DNA of 64,000 bases, taken from positions 4,017 to 68,016 of IMG/VR virus record IMGVR_UViG_2706795094_000001; one strand, written 5' to 3'. This DNA is from a virus. Taxonomy: Duplodnaviria > Caudoviricetes. The position numbers and the translations under genes were made by a program. Positions within the stretch are counted from its first letter, which is position 1; the number at the start of each line of letters is the position of its first letter. The notes beneath the pieces are model-generated. The model ran no database searches. It saw nothing but the letters and a program-made list of their open reading frames with translations, and was not told the origin of the DNA. Below are positions 47,865-56,959 of this stretch, one piece after another.

Positions 47865-49720
47865 ACCTTCAGCCATTGCGATCCCATATCTGCTCGGTCG
47901 GTGCGCAGCACCGGGGTGCGTTCGGCCCACCTGATCAGGAACTCAGGCGGGGTGGACATGATCTCTTGGACCTCGGCGGCCACGGGAGTGGACACCACAA
48001 CCTCGTCGTGCATGGCGAGGTAGAGCTCATCAGTCATTCCGCGCCGGTACATCTCCACGATGGTGTTCGCGAGCACGTCATAGGCGCTGCCCTGAACCGT
48101 GTAGTTGACCGCCTTGAAAATCCCACCCTCGTCAACCGGCAGGATGCGGCCACCGGCGGTGATCACTCGACCGAACTGGGCGGCGACTTCCTCGACCTTG
48201 ACCATCCATTTCGCCGAGCGTTTCATCGCAGCGAACATCTGCCGTTTGATCTGCGCAGTCGACTCTTCGGTGTGCCCGATGAGAGCGGCGAGCTTGGCGA
48301 TGCCCGAGCCGTACATCGAGCTCAGAAGCACCACCTTGGATGTCGGGCGGTCGATCCCGGCGGCCAGCATGATCGGTCCATAGAGATCCTCCCCGGCCTC
48401 GTAGGCGGCGAGGAAATCGATGTCGCGCGCCATGTTGGCCATCGTGACCGGCTCGATCTGAGACCAGTCAATCGAGGTGAGACCGTCGCCGTCGTCGCAC
48501 AGGATCGGACGGGCGTCCTTGGGGAACTGCTGCAACTCGGGGCTGCCGTAGCTCATGCGGCCCGTCGCGCTGGCCCCGAGGGTGGCCACCTGAGGGTGGC
48601 ACCGACCGGTGACGGCGGCCTGAGTGCTGACCTTGCTGAGGTAGCCGAGGGTCTTCTCAATGTTGGCCAGCGAGAGTTGCGCTTTGGCCAGCGGATTGAC
48701 CGTGGCGAGCGCCTCGAGATCGGCCTTGGTGGCGCGCAGCGCACCCTTGGGAGTGCGCGGCCACGGCTGCGGCAGCTCACCCCGCTCGGCGAGATACTGG
48801 ACCAGCTTGGCACCCTTGCCGGTCCCACCGTCGAGACCGTGAGCGGCGAGGTCGGCGGTGTAGATCGCCTGCTCGTCGGCGACCTGATTGAGGTAGCGGT
48901 CCAGATATTCGCGGTCGACGTTGATGCCGAGCGCCGAGCGCCACAACATCATGCGGTGCACGATTTCCTGCGTGTCGAGGATGGCCTCGGCCTCGGCCAC
49001 CGAGGTGGCCCCGTACACCTCAAACGGATGGTCCAAGGTCCACTCGATGGCCCTGCGGCGCATGACCGGCTCAAGGGCCAGGGTGGCCACGGTATCGGCC
49101 ATGGCACCCTGCCGGTAGATCGGACTGTCGATGTCCATGCCCTCGTACCCGGCCTGCTGTGTCTTGTACCCGGCGGCCTTGAATGCGCGCTCCATGCCGC
49201 CCTTGAACTCCGACAGCCCGAGATAGCGGATGGCCAGTGCGGTGAGGGTCTTGGCTTGACCATACGGCGGCGGCTCGGGCAGCGCGAACCTCGCGAGCAC
49301 GACCGTGTCCACGATGCGTTTCTTGATCACCTCACCGGTCATCAGCCCGGCGTGGAACAGCGGAGGGATGTCGAACGGCGCGTTGTGCAGGATCACCGGC
49401 CCGGCCAGCGCGTACATCTCGGCGACGAGCGCGGCGTGCTGTTCGTCGCGGCGGGGGTCGAGCAGAATCGAGTGCACGCGGCCCGAGTCGGGCTGAGCCC
49501 ACGCCATCGTCACGCAATTGATCGTGAACGAGTTGTCGAGACCGGGGGTCTCGATGTCGGTGGCCAGCGCGATGGTGTTCGCCGGTCCCCGCTCGGCCTG
49601 CCGGACGAACTCGGCACCGAAACGCACCGCGTGCTCGCCGGTGTGCATGCGGGCACCGAGCAGCGGATCGGACCACGAGCGTGAAGGCACCCGCACAGGG
49701 GCGTCGATGATGTCGGTCAT
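47861..49720 (-). CDS. polA: DNA polymerase, family A, with 3'-5' exonuclease (619 aa)
   Basis: DIET exo I, HNAPFD, IDWSQIEP, KxxxxxxxYG, VQGSAYD, HDE. Confidence 0.93.
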   Translation of the reverse strand: MTDIIDAPVRVPSRSWSDPLLGARMHTGEHAVRFGAEFVRQAERGPANTIALATDIETPGLDNSFTINCVTMAWAQPDSGRVHSILLDPRRDEQHAALVAEMYALAGPVILHNAPFDIPPLFHAGLMTGEVIKKRIVDTVVLARFALPEPPPYGQAKTLTALAIRYLGLSEFKGGMERAFKAAGYKTQQAGYEGMDIDSPIYRQGAMADTVATLALEPVMRRRAIEWTLDHPFEVYGATSVAEAEAILDTQEIVHRMMLWRSALGINVDREYLDRYLNQVADEQAIYTADLAAHGLDGGTGKGAKLVQYLAERGELPQPWPRTPKGALRATKADLEALATVNPLAKAQLSLANIEKTLGYLSKVSTQAAVTGRCHPQVATLGASATGRMSYGSPELQQFPKDARPILCDDGDGLTSIDWSQIEPVTMANMARDIDFLAAYEAGEDLYGPIMLAAGIDRPTSKVVLLSSMYGSGIAKLAALIGHTEESTAQIKRQMFAAMKRSAKWMVKVEEVAAQFGRVITAGGRILPVDEGGIFKAVNYTVQGSAYDVLANTIVEMYRRGMTDELYLAMHDEVVVSTPVAAEVQEIMSTPPEFLIRWAERTPVLRTDRADMGSQWLKV

Positions 49721-50175
49721 GCTGTGGCACCGCCCTGTAGCCATGTGACGAACGTGTCGGCGAGCTCGGTGACGAGATCAGCGGAGACACGTGAGTTGAT
49801 GGCGTCGGCGGCCCGCACGCGGGCGGCGGCGTCGAGGGCGGCCATACGCACCGACACCGGCGGTTGGGCAGGCGGTGTCGACGGGGTGACGACACGGTCG
49901 TCGTTGCCCGGCCCGATGCGCACGACGCGCGCCGGGTAGTTGATCCCGGCCTGCTCGGGGGTGAGCGGTTGCCACCCGCCCGGCGAGATCCACACGACGC
50001 GCTCGCACAGGCACTCGTTGAACTTGCACGCGATGGCATGCGTTTCCGCACCCTCGACCTCGCTGCGCACGTAGGCCACCGCCGTGCTGGTCTCGTCGCC
50101 GACGATGCGCTGCCACTCGATGATCGTGCCGTCGGGCAGCGACTCAAGGTGGTCTTTGTCCCAGATCTCAAGCAT
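49717..50175 (-). CDS. Hypothetical protein (152 aa)
   Basis: ATGA overlap with polA. Confidence 0.7.
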   Translation of the reverse strand: MLEIWDKDHLESLPDGTIIEWQRIVGDETSTAVAYVRSEVEGAETHAIACKFNECLCERVVWISPGGWQPLTPEQAGINYPARVVRIGPGNDDRVVTPSTPPAQPPVSVRMAALDAAARVRAADAINSRVSADLVTELADTFVTWLQGGATA

Positions 50176-50267
50176 CGCGGGCCTCGGTGATGCCGGGATG
50201 GTCCGGCGTCGATTTGGCGGTCATGGTTCGGTTCCTTTCTGTGGTTGTTGGTTGTCGGGGTCTCGGG

Positions 50268-50420
50268 TCACCACGTGATCCCGCATTCACACTCGTGCGT
50301 TCGCCGGGCAATGTGCCCGTCGGTCATCACGCACACGTGGTGCTCGCCGGTGATGTCGCACCACTGCTCGTCGCCGTCGAACACGTCGTCGGCGAGGTCT
50401 TGGCATATCTCGCGGGCCAT
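50268..50420 (-). CDS. Small Cys/His-rich protein (50 aa)
   Basis: Overlaps stop of upstream gene. Confidence 0.6.
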   Translation of the reverse strand: MAREICQDLADDVFDGDEQWCDITGEHHVCVMTDGHIARRTHECECGITW

Positions 50421-50776
50421 CACGGCACCTCGATTGTCGGTGTCGAGGCGGGGTCGACCGGCCACGGGTCCACGAGCACACCGTCGATGTAGAGACCGGG
50501 CGCGTAGCCGTCGACGTTGAGCGGCCCGCAGATGTGGTTGCCGTGGTAGCGGCAATCGAACGTGGGGTCGTCCTCGGGTGTCGGGGCGGGGTCGGCGGGC
50601 CACATCGCGAACTGCTTGGTGGCCGCAGTCTCGGTGACCGACAGACCGGGGCGAGGGACCGAGACATCGTCGGGCAGCGCGGTGAGCACCAGCGCCGCGC
50701 CGACGGTCACGCCTAGCGCGGCCCCGGCGGCGACCCCGGCCAGGAAGGCCGAGCGAATGCGTGGGTCGGTGAACAT
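50420..50776 (-). CDS. Single-TM membrane protein (118 aa)
   Basis: AAGGGAG RBS; hydrophobic residues 10-33; FDCRYHGNHICG. Confidence 0.7.
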   Translation of the reverse strand: MFTDPRIRSAFLAGVAAGAALGVTVGAALVLTALPDDVSVPRPGLSVTETAATKQFAMWPADPAPTPEDDPTFDCRYHGNHICGPLNVDGYAPGLYIDGVLVDPWPVDPASTPTIEVP

Positions 50777-50888
50777 GGGGTGGATCTCCCTTGTGATCGG
50801 TGCGGCGGGGCGGTCCCGCCGTGGGTTACCAAGATATACCCCGCCGCACTGGCTCACGTCAATACTTGCCCGACATATGGAGGTGTTC

Positions 50889-51248
50889 TCATCTACCGCC
50901 GGGTGCTCGGCCCTCACGGTGGCCGGTCGAGGCCCACCGCTGGCCCCGCTGCGCTTGGTAGAGCATGGCGAGCTGCCGGGCGGTCTCGGGCGGGATGGTG
51001 GCCATGATCGAGCCGAACACCGTGCGCTGGTCGTAGTCGCCGAGCGGGCCGGGGTCGGTGGCACCGGATGGCCGGGTCATGAGTTCCTCGACCATCGCGC
51101 AGAACGGGCCGAACGTGTTGGCGTGCTGGGGCCGGGCGGCGGCGTAGCCGAGTGCGAACGCGAGCACCGAGGTGGGCGCTTGCGACAACGGGGTCGAGGC
51201 GGCGTTGCGCAGCCGGGGTCCGGTGGGGGCGGGGAGGTTGTTGGTCAT
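50889..51248 (-). CDS. Hypothetical protein (119 aa), probably leaderless
   Basis: TCGACT-18-TACCGT ends 6 nt before ATG. Confidence 0.65.
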   Translation of the reverse strand: MTNNLPAPTGPRLRNAASTPLSQAPTSVLAFALGYAAARPQHANTFGPFCAMVEELMTRPSGATDPGPLGDYDQRTVFGSIMATIPPETARQLAMLYQAQRGQRWASTGHREGRAPGGR

Positions 51249-51700
51249 GATCCGACGGTAGGTGACCGATGTCGGGTAAGTCGAGCGGGAACGAACATAT
51301 GCATGTATGCGCATGTCATATCCCCACCCTCACGCGCGCGTGCGCGCGACAGCGTACCGGCTGAACACCCGTTTTGTCAAGGGTCAATTTCAAGATCAAT
51401 TACCACTACATGGTCCCTCGACCATGGGCTTGACAAGGTGGGTAGGATCAAAGCCAGCAAGCTTGGCGTTTTCCTAAACCCCCCGTGTCCCCGCCCTCGA
51501 TGGCCTCGGTGACCACGTGATGGATGAGTGGGTGAAAACGCGTAATCGACTCAATGCAATGTCAACCGCATTGACATGCCGCACTCGCAAAAGCGCCTCT
51601 GGGCGCTACTTTGCTCGCGGTACGTCGGCGCGCCCGACCGAGCTGCCGTCAGATACGCAGTGTGTTGCAAGATATACTTTTATTGGGTACGGTCCGACTC
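51249..51700. promoter_or_regulatory. Divergent non-coding control region
   Basis: About 450 bp without credible ORF; leftward TTGACA-18-TACGCT (51380-51351); rightward TTGCAA-17-TACGGT (51665-51693); ATGTCAA/TTGACAT dyad at 51559-51577. Confidence 0.65.
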
Positions 51701-52465
51701 ATGGGAACGAAAACGTCACCGGTGAGACTCGATATGGACCTCGATGAGTTCACCGGACATGTGAATGATCTGCTCGGGTACGACACGCAGCTTGGCGAGA
51801 ACATCCGCATATGGCGGCGTAGTCGCAATGTCATCAACACGCTCGGCAGCGGCAGCGCGTTCGCCAAGGAACTCAACGCCGCTATGGATGCGGCGGTGGG
51901 CAGCGTCGGGGTCGCCGAGGGTCTGTGCCATGGAACGAACAAACGGGTGTACCGCAGACACATGGCGGCGCACACCAAGACCGTGGTGCGCAGCGAGGCG
52001 GTGAAGAAGCGGTGCCCCGAGCTGTGGCTCGCCGCACGCAAACCCAGCTTTCGCATGGGGTGCGACACCAAGACCGCACCGGTGGCGGTGCCTAAGATCC
52101 GGCCCGGCTATGTCGGCAAGCTCATCGAGGCCAAGACCGAGGCGGCGCAGCGGCTCAAGTACGCGCGCGAGCACGAGCTGCGCGTCAAGGACCACCTCTA
52201 CACCACGACGTTCGGTATCGAGGCTGAGGATGGGTGGACCGGAAACCCTCCGTATGCGCTCAGCGACGGGTGGGTGATCGGGTGGACCAAGACGCAGCGT
52301 TACAGCGAGGCGCTCGCGAAAGAAAAGGCACCCGAGTTCGGTGTCGACCTCACCGAGATCACTGAGTATGTGACCGTCCCGCCTCGGGTGTTCTACGTGG
52401 TCGGCGACCTCACCGGCACCGAGGGCAGCCTTGAGGATTACGAGGGAGATGGCTACGCAGACTGA
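51701..52465 (+). CDS. Hypothetical protein (254 aa), leaderless
   Basis: -10 ends 7 nt before ATG; typical codon use. Confidence 0.75.
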   Translation: MGTKTSPVRLDMDLDEFTGHVNDLLGYDTQLGENIRIWRRSRNVINTLGSGSAFAKELNAAMDAAVGSVGVAEGLCHGTNKRVYRRHMAAHTKTVVRSEAVKKRCPELWLAARKPSFRMGCDTKTAPVAVPKIRPGYVGKLIEAKTEAAQRLKYAREHELRVKDHLYTTTFGIEAEDGWTGNPPYALSDGWVIGWTKTQRYSEALAKEKAPEFGVDLTEITEYVTVPPRVFYVVGDLTGTEGSLEDYEGDGYAD

Positions 52466-52530
52466 GCAGTGAGGCGGTGGCTCGGTGCCCTTGTGGCCCG
52501 CCTGAGCAATTCTGGTATATCTTCCTAACC

Positions 52531-52779
52531 ATGAGCGCACCGAGCCGACACACACGCAGACAGCCCGCCCGTGGACGCCCGGCGGGAGAGGTTCCCAACG
52601 TGCTGTGGCCCATCCGAGGGCCGATCACCATCCGGCAGCGCATGAAGATCGCATGTGCCGAGGAAGGGCTCACCTACGCGGGGCTGATCGAGAAGTTTCT
52701 AGACGAGCGCGACGAGAAGATCCGGCGGCAGCTTGCCGCACAAAAATCCCCACTACATCGTCCGAAACGAGAGATATGA
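52531..52779 (+). CDS. Ribbon-helix-helix-like DNA-binding protein (82 aa)
   Basis: Beta-strand VLWPIRG, then RQRMKIACAEEGLTYAGLIEKFLD. Confidence 0.65.
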   Translation: MSAPSRHTRRQPARGRPAGEVPNVLWPIRGPITIRQRMKIACAEEGLTYAGLIEKFLDERDEKIRRQLAAQKSPLHRPKREI

Positions 52780-52958
52780 CCATGACCGAGCTCAACGGCA
52801 TGACCGACGACGAGCTACGTGCCCGTCTCGGCCTTACGCCAGTCGACCGCCCTCAGACCATGGAAGAGCGCATAGAGGCCCACGTGGTGCGCGCGATGCC
52901 CGAGCCCGAGGACTGCGGCGTGTGCGACGGCAAAGGGTGCGGTGACTGCTATGCATGA
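52776..52958 (+). CDS. Small CxxC protein (60 aa)
   Basis: ATGA overlap; CGVCDGKGCGDC. Confidence 0.65.
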   Translation: MTMTELNGMTDDELRARLGLTPVDRPQTMEERIEAHVVRAMPEPEDCGVCDGKGCGDCYA

Positions 52959-52988
52959 GGCGCTGCCGTTGCGAGGACAATCGAGCAC

Positions 52989-53696
52989 ATGACCGACACC
53001 CCTCAGACCGACACCGACGAGGTCGACACCGAGTTCGCCGAGCTCGTCGCAGCCAGCATCGAGGAACGACGGGGCCGGGTGCTGCTCATGCGTTTGGCCG
53101 GATCGACGTTCAAGACCATTGCTCAGGCGGTGGGCGTGTCCATCGGCACCGTGCGCAAGGACTACGACATCGCGCTCGCGGCCCACCTCGATGACCCGCC
53201 CGACATGATGATCGCCCGGCAGCGCGCGGTGATCACCGACATCATGCGTGCCAACTACCCGTCCATGCTCAACGGCGACAAAGAGGCTGCGCAGACCATC
53301 CTCAAGGCGCTCGACCGCGAGGCCAAACTGTTCGGCCTCGACGCACCCACACGTGTGCTCGCTCAGGTCAACAACGACGATTTCGCCGTCGAGGCGGCGC
53401 GATTGATCGAGCACATCCAAAAGATCGACCCCAACGAACTCAAGGAGCTGGCCCGTGCCGGACAACCCCAACAACCACGACCCCAAGATCGTCCCGCTGC
53501 GCAGGACACCGCCGACGAGCCACTCGATGTCGAGCTCGCCGAGGACGGTGCTCAAGGGCCTGAGCGAGATCCTGCGGGATCTGTCGACACGGATACTTCC
53601 GAGCCCGATGTCGAGCCCGCTGCCGCCGAGCCCGCCGCCGAGCCCGATGACGACTACGACGATTGGTCCAACCTCGATGACGACGACATTGCCTGA
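52989..53696 (+). CDS. HTH protein resembling terminase small subunit (235 aa)
   Basis: HTH TFKTIAQAVGVSIGTV; A...L...DREAKLFGLDAP; acidic tail. Confidence 0.6.
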   Translation: MTDTPQTDTDEVDTEFAELVAASIEERRGRVLLMRLAGSTFKTIAQAVGVSIGTVRKDYDIALAAHLDDPPDMMIARQRAVITDIMRANYPSMLNGDKEAAQTILKALDREAKLFGLDAPTRVLAQVNNDDFAVEAARLIEHIQKIDPNELKELARAGQPQQPRPQDRPAAQDTADEPLDVELAEDGAQGPERDPAGSVDTDTSEPDVEPAAAEPAAEPDDDYDDWSNLDDDDIA

Positions 53697-54270
53697 GACC
53701 GGCCCGCTCATCAAGCACACCGCCGTGCTCAGCGAGCGCCACCTCGTGGTGGTCGAGCTGCCCGGTCGTCGGCACGATGTGCTGCCCTCAGAGTTCCCCG
53801 AGATCGTCAGTGCGTGCGAACGGCGGGCGCACGCGTGGGCCGAGGCGCACGGGCTTGAGCTCGGCGGCCTCGGGGTCTACTCGTCGGCGTCCTGCGAGGG
53901 CAAACCGGCGTGTGTCGGGGTCTCATTCGAGGTCGTGGTCGGCAAAGGCGAGATCGACGCGGACCAGTCCCCGGCAGGACACCTCGACCGGTGGCGGTGG
54001 TCGGGCGGTCGTCTCGACTGGTGGCGCAACGTGTTCAACCGCAATGACCAGCGCGAGGGCCGAAAGCTCGTCGCGCGCGAGGAAGGCGACAACATCGTCG
54101 CGTTCCCGAGGCTGGCCAATGTCGATTGGGTCCGCGCCGCGCCCGGCGGTGCGGGCGGTAGTGGCGCGAGCGGGCACACCGGGCAGAAGTCGAGCCAGGT
54201 CTCGTATCACGCTGTGGTGGATGACCGGAACATCGGCGAGCTCGACCGGCCCGAGGACGGTGCCCAGTGA
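53677..54270 (+). CDS. Hypothetical protein (about 197 aa; start uncertain)
   Basis: Coding-like from ATG 53677 or TTG 53689. Confidence 0.6.
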   Translation: MTTTLPETGPLIKHTAVLSERHLVVVELPGRRHDVLPSEFPEIVSACERRAHAWAEAHGLELGGLGVYSSASCEGKPACVGVSFEVVVGKGEIDADQSPAGHLDRWRWSGGRLDWWRNVFNRNDQREGRKLVAREEGDNIVAFPRLANVDWVRAAPGGAGGSGASGHTGQKSSQVSYHAVVDDRNIGELDRPEDGAQ

Positions 54271-54689
54271 GCGGCGACCTCGACCGGCAGCGCATGTGGA
54301 ACAACGGGCATACCGACGACGAGGTGATCGAGGGCACCGGCGCGGTGTTCGATGCCACGGTGCTCTACGGCCAGACCGACGACGTTGACGAGCACCTCGC
54401 CGACGCGGTCGAGGCCGGGCAGCTCTCCGGTGACCCGGCGGCGGTCGACGCGCGCGACGAGCGCACGTTCCTCGCCTCGATGCGCGACAACACTGACGTG
54501 ACCGTGCGGACCCTCGGTGTGCTCGGCGTGTGGCTGCTCGACAACGGTGTGGCGCACCCGTACCGGGGCGCGCGTGCGTTGCTCGCCGAGCTCGCCGAGT
54601 ACGACCTACAGACGGTCATCGGTGCCGACCTCGACACGTTCATCGGTGAGATCCATCGGCTACGGGACGAGCGTGGCGGCACCGCATAA
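54267..54689 (+). CDS. Hypothetical protein (140 aa)
   Basis: GTGA overlap. Confidence 0.7.
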   Translation: MSGDLDRQRMWNNGHTDDEVIEGTGAVFDATVLYGQTDDVDEHLADAVEAGQLSGDPAAVDARDERTFLASMRDNTDVTVRTLGVLGVWLLDNGVAHPYRGARALLAELAEYDLQTVIGADLDTFIGEIHRLRDERGGTA

Positions 54690-54858
54690 CTCGCCGTTTC
54701 GGGACCGGTTCGGGCGCTACTGCGGCCCCTTGAAGATCAAGACCGCAGCGGTGCTCGATCCGGCCCCGTACGACGACCTCGACCATTGCATCGGCTGCCA
54801 CCGGCATGCCGTCGACGGGCACGAGCACGGCTGCCCGTACCGGGGCGCGTGGGATTGA
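54673..54858 (+). CDS. Small Cys/His protein (61 aa)
   Basis: CIGCHRH...HGCPY. Confidence 0.55.
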   Translation: MAAPHNSPFRDRFGRYCGPLKIKTAAVLDPAPYDDLDHCIGCHRHAVDGHEHGCPYRGAWD

Positions 54859-54898
54859 GTTCCCCGCCCTCGGCGGGCAACGGGCCTATGCTGTGGCC

Positions 54899-55237
54899 AT
54901 GACCACCGAGCCGGTTACCGCCCCGCACATGATCGAGCACCGCGTACGTCTGACCCGTGACGAGGCGGCAGCGGTCGCCGCTGGCACCTACGTGCCCGGC
55001 ACGGTGCCCGTCCACGGTGCGCCCACCGTCATCGACAAGCGCGCGCAGAACGCAGCCCGCAAGCAGGCCGAGCGTGACGCTCAGGCGGCGTGGGTGCGGC
55101 AGGCGGCGGGCACGATGTGGTGGTCGGCGCAACGCGTCAACTCACCGGCCCGGCGCGAGAAGATCCTCGCCAAGCGGGCCGAGCTCATCACCGCCGCACT
55201 GGCCAAGGGCCTCGACCTCGGCGGGCTGACTGTCTGA
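54899..55237 (+). CDS. Hypothetical protein (112 aa), leaderless
   Basis: TATGCT ends 6 nt before ATG. Confidence 0.7.
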   Translation: MTTEPVTAPHMIEHRVRLTRDEAAAVAAGTYVPGTVPVHGAPTVIDKRAQNAARKQAERDAQAAWVRQAAGTMWWSAQRVNSPARREKILAKRAELITAALAKGLDLGGLTV

Positions 55238-55238
55238 C

Positions 55239-55844
55239 ATGACCGACACGCTAGACCGCGACGACCTCGACAGCGACATCGAGGCGGCCCCGTTGCCCGC
55301 GTGGCAGCCCGACCACAGCCTCGTGCCCGCCATCCTCGCCGGATCTCCGGTGACCATGAAGCAACTCAGGCCGCCGGATCGTGCGTGGGCGGTGGCGGTG
55401 CTGCGGCGCATGGGCTACACCGCCGAGCTCATCGCCGATTGGCTGTCATGCTCGCTGCGACTGGTGCACACCATCAGTGCCGACAGCGCGGTGCTCGTGC
55501 AGCTCTACCTCGACCACACCGAGACCACCGGCAACGAACATCGCATGCTCGCCAGCGAGGTGGCCCGGCTCGCCGAGGCTCTCGCCGATGCCGAGGCCGC
55601 CGCCGAGCGATACCGGCAGCAGCGTGACCGGCTGATCGCCGTCGGCAGCTCCGACAAATCGACGTTCCCGTGCGGATGCCCGCGCACCCGGTACAACACC
55701 TACGTTGCGCCCAAGACCGGTAAGGCAGGGTGTCGGCACCACCGCACGCTTGCTGTTGCCCGACATCGGGCGCGTAAACGGCAGGCCACGGGGGTAGCCT
55801 CAGGCCATGGCCAGGACAGCATCGAGGGCGCGGGGCACCCGTAG
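55239..55844 (+). CDS. HTH DNA-binding protein with coiled coil and C-terminal Zn motif (201 aa)
   Basis: GYTAELIADWLSCSLRLV; CGCPRTRYNTY...CRHH. Confidence 0.7.
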   Translation: MTDTLDRDDLDSDIEAAPLPAWQPDHSLVPAILAGSPVTMKQLRPPDRAWAVAVLRRMGYTAELIADWLSCSLRLVHTISADSAVLVQLYLDHTETTGNEHRMLASEVARLAEALADAEAAAERYRQQRDRLIAVGSSDKSTFPCGCPRTRYNTYVAPKTGKAGCRHHRTLAVARHRARKRQATGVASGHGQDSIEGAGHP

Positions 55845-55902
55845 CCGACTAGGCCGAGGGTCTGCCAGGATCGCACGGTCACGCCAGCGCGGCACGATCT
55901 CG

Positions 55903-56139
55903 ATGTCGGCGGCGACCGGCGGCGTCGGACAGTTCGCGAAACGGGGTGGCCGCCGGGGCGGCGGCTACCGGGGGTTCAAGAGCAAGAAACAATGGCGGTG
56001 GGCGTGGGCCACCAAGCAGCCGTGGGCGCGCAAGAAGGCCCACGAGACCAAGGGCGGCAAGGTGGTGCGCTATCGGCGGCTGCCCGAGTCCAAGCACTCG
56101 GGCCACCGGGGTCGGCGCGGTCCGTCCCGTAAGGGTTGA
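55903..56139 (+). CDS. Highly basic protein (78 aa)
   Basis: FKSKKQWRWAWA motif; Arg/Lys-rich. Confidence 0.65.
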   Translation: MSAATGGVGQFAKRGGRRGGGYRGFKSKKQWRWAWATKQPWARKKAHETKGGKVVRYRRLPESKHSGHRGRRGPSRKG

Positions 56140-56173
56140 CCGCCATCTGGTCATTACCGGTCATTACAAACGA

Positions 56174-56207
56174 GAAAACCCCGCCGGGGCGCTCGGCGGG
56201 GTTTCTC
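56174..56207. terminator. Bidirectional terminator
   Basis: AAACCCCGCCG / CGGCGGGGTTT. Confidence 0.88.
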
Positions 56208-56213
56208 TGTGTC

Positions 56214-56423
56214 TCAGACGGTGACCACGTCCTCGAGGCGGGTGAGGTATCCCTCGGCCCAGACGATGGTGGTGCAGATGTACGGGCCGCCCCACGAGGC
56301 GGGGCGCTCACGACGACGGCGGTCGAACTCGGCGACGGTGTAGGTCCGGCCCTCGTGGGTGAGGGTGTCACCGACCTTGAGGTCGGCGGCGGCGGCGCGA
56401 ACGGTGGCGTCAAAGCTCATCAT
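56214..56423 (-). CDS. Hypothetical protein (69 aa)
   Basis: Cassette-driven; ADLKVGD SH3-like start. Confidence 0.75.
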   Translation of the reverse strand: MMSFDATVRAAAADLKVGDTLTHEGRTYTVAEFDRRRRERPASWGGPYICTTIVWAEGYLTRLEDVVTV

Positions 56424-56507
56424 GATCGTTCTTCTCTCTGTAGTTGTGTGGTGGCGGGTCTCCCGCCCGACAAGAACTAACTTACCCGCCTATGTCGGGA
56501 TTGTCAA
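56424..56507 (-). promoter_or_regulatory. Promoter-hairpin-RBS cassette 5
   Basis: TTGACA-17-TAAGTT; GGCGGG/CCCGCC. Confidence 0.85.
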
Positions 56508-56858
56508 GTCAAGCCATCCTCGGCGCTGCCATGCGGCGCGGGCACCGCCGACGGCGACGAGGATGCCGTTGCGGGTCTCGCGGGTCTGTCCCGAGGTGTT
56601 GTGCTGCCACAGCACGAACGTCTGTCCGGCCTCGACGTACTCGGCGACGGCGGTGAACTCGGGCACCCAATTGTAGTGCTTGGGGGCGGGGCGGTAGCCG
56701 AGCAGTTTCTTGGCGCACTCGACACCGGCGCGGCTGCCGTCGTTCATCACGCAGATCCACCGCAGCCCGGTGCGACCGCAGGCCGGGCATTCGCCGGTGC
56801 CCTCGTGGTCCTCGACCTTGACGAGTTCGAGCTTGGCGGCGGCGGTGTTCGCGTTCAT
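56490..56858 (-). CDS. Zn-binding hypothetical protein (122 aa), leaderless
   Basis: CPACG...C...C; TTGACA-16-TATTGT ends 7 nt before ATG. Confidence 0.75.
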   Translation of the reverse strand: MNANTAAAKLELVKVEDHEGTGECPACGRTGLRWICVMNDGSRAGVECAKKLLGYRPAPKHYNWVPEFTAVAEYVEAGQTFVLWQHNTSGQTRETRNGILVAVGGARAAWQRRGWLDLTIPT

Positions 56859-56865
56859 GTGGACA

Positions 56866-56893
56866 ACAATACCGTAAAAGTCGGTATTGTCAA
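56866..56893 (-). promoter_or_regulatory. Variant promoter with dyad AATACCG-N7-CGGTATT
   Basis: TTGACA at 56893-56888, TATTGT at 56871-56866. Confidence 0.75.
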
Positions 56894-56922
56894 GCCCGCC
56901 CGTCGACAGGATCTCGCGCAAC

Positions 56923-56956
56923 GAAAAACCCCGCCGGGGCGCTCGGCGGGGTTTTC
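56923..56956. terminator. Terminator with core identical to 56174-56207
   Basis: AAAACCCCGCCGGGGCGCTCGGCGGGGTTT. Confidence 0.88.
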
Positions 56957-56959
56957 GGT

